This document shows positions 61,539 through 64,000 of a stretch of 64,000 nucleotides of DNA, one piece after another. Source of the DNA: Spirochaetia bacterium. Its GTDB lineage: Bacteria > Spirochaetota > Spirochaetia > SZUA-6 > Bin103. Under the pieces are notes generated by a model. That model did no database searches. It was given only the letters and a program-made list of their open reading frames with translations, and was not told the origin of the DNA. The stretch is from the NCBI GenBank assembly GCA_965208575.1, contig CBDBOV010000005.1, positions 608,001 through 672,000 of the forward strand, written 5' to 3'. How positions within the stretch are numbered: the first letter of the stretch is position 1; every line of letters begins with the position of its first letter. The position numbers were made by a program, and so were the translations under genes.

Positions 61539-62759
61539 ATGTTGCAGGTATTGGGAAGCATCATCGTTTTCCCGGCCGTCATCGGCCTGCTGACGGTGGT
61601 ATTGCTCGCCGCGGAGGCGCGCCTGCGTCCGCAGCGCAAGATCAAGATCACCATCAACGGCGACGAGTCCGGAGCCATTGAGACCGACGCCGGCGGCACG
61701 CTGCTCAACACGCTGTCGAGCAACGGCGTCATGCTGCCGTCCGCATGCGGCGGCGGCGGCACCTGCGGCGTGTGCCGCTGCCAGGTATTGGACGGCGGCG
61801 GCGACATCCTGCCGACCGAGCAGCAGCACATCAACTTCCGCGACGCCAAGGAGAACTGGCGGTTGAGTTGCCAGGTGAAGGTGCGCGACGACATGCAGGT
61901 GCAGGTGCCGGACGAGGTGTTCTCCATCAACAAGTGGCAGTGCGAGGTGATCTCCAACGACAGCGTCGCCACTTTCATCCGCGAGTTCGTGCTGCGCATG
62001 CCGGAGGGCGAGGAACTCAACCACCGCTCCGGCGGCTACATCCAGATCGAGGTGCCGGCGTACGAGATCGACTTCAGCAAGGATATCGACGTCGAGGAGG
62101 AGTACCGCGGCGACTGGGAGCAGATGAACCTGTTTGCGCTGGGCGCCAAGAACACGGTACCGATCCAGCGCGCCTACTCGATGGCCAACCATCCCGCCGA
62201 GGGCAACATCGTGATGCTGAACGTGCGCATCGCGACGCCGCCGCGCGGCATGGAGGTGCAGCCGGGCCTGGCCTCGTCCTACGTGTACGCCCGCAAGCCG
62301 GGCGACGTGGTGACCATCTCCGGCCCCTACGGCGAGTTCTTCATCCAGGAAACCGAGCGCGAGATGGTGTACATCGGCGGCGGTGCCGGCATGGCCCCGT
62401 TGCGTGCGCACATCTTCCACCTGTTCCACACGTTGAATACCGGCCGCAAGGTGTCCTACTGGTACGGCGCCCGCTCCAAGCGCGAGATCTTCTACGAGGA
62501 TCACTTCCGCGCCATCGAGGAGAAGTTCCCGAACTTCTCGTTCCACATCGCGCTGTCGGAGCCGCTGCCGGAGGACAACTGGACCGGCCCGGTGGGCTTC
62601 ATCCACCAGGTGGTGCTCGACGAGTACCTCGGCAAGCAGGACGCGCCGGAGGACATCGAGTACTACCTGTGCGGGCCGCCGCTGATGCTGACCGCGGTGC
62701 AGAAGATGCTGTACGACCTCGGCGTGGAACCCGAGATGATCCGCTACGACGAGTTCTAG
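61539..62759 (+). CDS. nqrF: NQR subunit F
   Basis: SACGGGGTCGVC, RAYSMA, GGGAGMAP, YLCGPP. Confidence 0.96.
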   Translation: MLQVLGSIIVFPAVIGLLTVVLLAAEARLRPQRKIKITINGDESGAIETDAGGTLLNTLSSNGVMLPSACGGGGTCGVCRCQVLDGGGDILPTEQQHINFRDAKENWRLSCQVKVRDDMQVQVPDEVFSINKWQCEVISNDSVATFIREFVLRMPEGEELNHRSGGYIQIEVPAYEIDFSKDIDVEEEYRGDWEQMNLFALGAKNTVPIQRAYSMANHPAEGNIVMLNVRIATPPRGMEVQPGLASSYVYARKPGDVVTISGPYGEFFIQETEREMVYIGGGAGMAPLRAHIFHLFHTLNTGRKVSYWYGARSKREIFYEDHFRAIEEKFPNFSFHIALSEPLPEDNWTGPVGFIHQVVLDEYLGKQDAPEDIEYYLCGPPLMLTAVQKMLYDLGVEPEMIRYDEF

Positions 62760-62867
62760 GGATCTTCGGAATGCGACAGGCGCAGGCGACGGTCTCGGGG
62801 CGCTGATCTGGCTGCTCTTCCCGGCACGCTCGGCGTCGCGCCGCCGGCCGGTGGCCGGGACGCCGCC

Positions 62868-63722
62868 TTGCAGCGAATCTACGAGTCGATCGCCGGCGAC
62901 CTGCGGCTGGTCGAGGCTGGCCTGCAGCGCCAGATCCGGGCACTGGCCGAGAACCACGAGAAGCTCATTGACCGCCACGCCTACCTCAAGGAGGTGATCG
63001 CCTCGTTGAGCGCCATGCGCGGCAAACTGCTGCGCCCGGCGCTGGTGCTGTTCAGCGGTCGCACGGTCCAGGGACCGAACGGAGGCTCCGCGCAGCCCGA
63101 TTCGGCGTTGATCGCGATGGCGGTGGCCGCGGAACTGGTGCACGCCGCCTCGCTCATTCACGACGACATCATCGACCATGCTCTCATGCGCCGCGCGCAC
63201 GCCGCGCTGTACCGCGAGTTCGGTACCAGCATCGCTGTCCTGGTCGGTGACGTACTGTACGCTCAGTTCTTCAGCCTGCTCGCGGAGTTGCCGCTTGCGG
63301 CCGGTCAGCGCCTGCGGCTGGTACAGTTGTTCTGCGCGGTTACCAAGACGATGAGCCAGGGTGAGATCTTCCAGCACGGCATCAAGCGCTACGGCCTGGA
63401 TATCACGGTCGACGACTACCTGGCGATCATCCGCAGCAAGACCGCGGCGCTGATGTCAGCCTGCTGCGCCGCCGGGGCGCTGGTGGCGCGCGGCTCGGAA
63501 CAGGAGGTCGCGGCAGCCGAAGAGTTCGGGCTGCAGTTCGGTCTCGCATTCCAGCTCATGGATGACCAGATGGACCAGGACGCGCTCGCCACCGACTTGG
63601 CGCCGGGCCGGCAGGCGCGCGGGCACGCCGAGTTGGCGCGCACTACGCTGGCGGCGCTGCCGCCGGGGCCGGCGCGCGCCGCCCTCCACCAGTTGACCGG
63701 CTTCGTACTCGCGCAGCGGTAA
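62868..63722 (+). CDS. Polyprenyl diphosphate synthase
   Basis: GKLLRP, LIHDDIID, KTA, AFQLMDD. Confidence 0.88.
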   Translation: MQRIYESIAGDLRLVEAGLQRQIRALAENHEKLIDRHAYLKEVIASLSAMRGKLLRPALVLFSGRTVQGPNGGSAQPDSALIAMAVAAELVHAASLIHDDIIDHALMRRAHAALYREFGTSIAVLVGDVLYAQFFSLLAELPLAAGQRLRLVQLFCAVTKTMSQGEIFQHGIKRYGLDITVDDYLAIIRSKTAALMSACCAAGALVARGSEQEVAAAEEFGLQFGLAFQLMDDQMDQDALATDLAPGRQARGHAELARTTLAALPPGPARAALHQLTGFVLAQR

Positions 63723-63772
63723 CCGGATCCGGAATCGGTTCGAACTGCCGTTGTCGCGCAGCCGGAACGAGG

Positions 63773-64000
63773 CTACGCACCGGCGTTCGCGGCGTCGAAC
63801 ACGGATGCCACGTCGGCCGCGAATCCTTCGAGCAACGGAGAGACCGCCGACCCGCCGCGGGCGTACACGCCACGTTCGGCGTACGTTCCGCCCGTGAGCG
63901 TCAGCACGGTGATCGTTTCGTCGCGCGGATCTGCGATCCAGTACTCCGGAATGCCGGCCTCGGCGTAGTCGACCCGCTTGTCGACCAGATCCCGGCCGGG
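63773..64000 (-). CDS. Uma2 family endonuclease, C-terminal part (runs off the right edge)
   Basis: Manual translation: RDLVDKRVDYAEAGIPEYWIADPRDETITV. Confidence 0.85.
   Translation of the reverse strand, partial: PGRDLVDKRVDYAEAGIPEYWIADPRDETITVLTLTGGTYAERGVYARGGSAVSPLLEGFAADVASVFDAANAGA

Noticed and set aside
57436-61593. Long alternative-frame ORFs (1385 aa here; also 1683..4040, 28132..30861, 44798..47677, 56681..59719)
   Set aside because: Arg/Gly/Ala-rich shadow frames of well-supported genes, expected in high-GC DNA

Overview
High-GC bacterial chromosome segment. The LANC/IANC lipoboxes, the OppA leader style, SwmB-repeat surface protein and NQR are compatible with a marine, possibly sponge-associated, Spirochaetota genome, but that placement is inference. 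Housekeeping blocks: yyaL-like gene, ribA, a MoxR-DUF58-transglutaminase triad, a moeA-moaACDE-msrPQ operon, clpB, an Opp ABC transporter, a flavoprotein/FeoB-like pair, cysE, rbsK, nqrABCDEF and a polyprenyl synthase. The striking part is 16.3-39.1 kb: nine paralogous lipoprotein genes plus several relics, on both sides of clpB. Each is built from Cys-pair CARDB/Ig-like domains with conserved frameworks, variable distal domains and mosaic sequence sharing, and the array appears to have expanded by duplications that include the clpB 3' tail. One paralog is split by a 4.3 kb four-gene DDE transposon with atypical ends (Zn-finger protein, Mu/rve transposase, ExeA-like ATPase, AAA_25 protein). 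An IS66 carrying a DUF4338 passenger sits on the start codon of an HNH gene that is preceded by about 450 bp of structured non-coding DNA. All family assignments come from motif recognition by eye; no database search was run.
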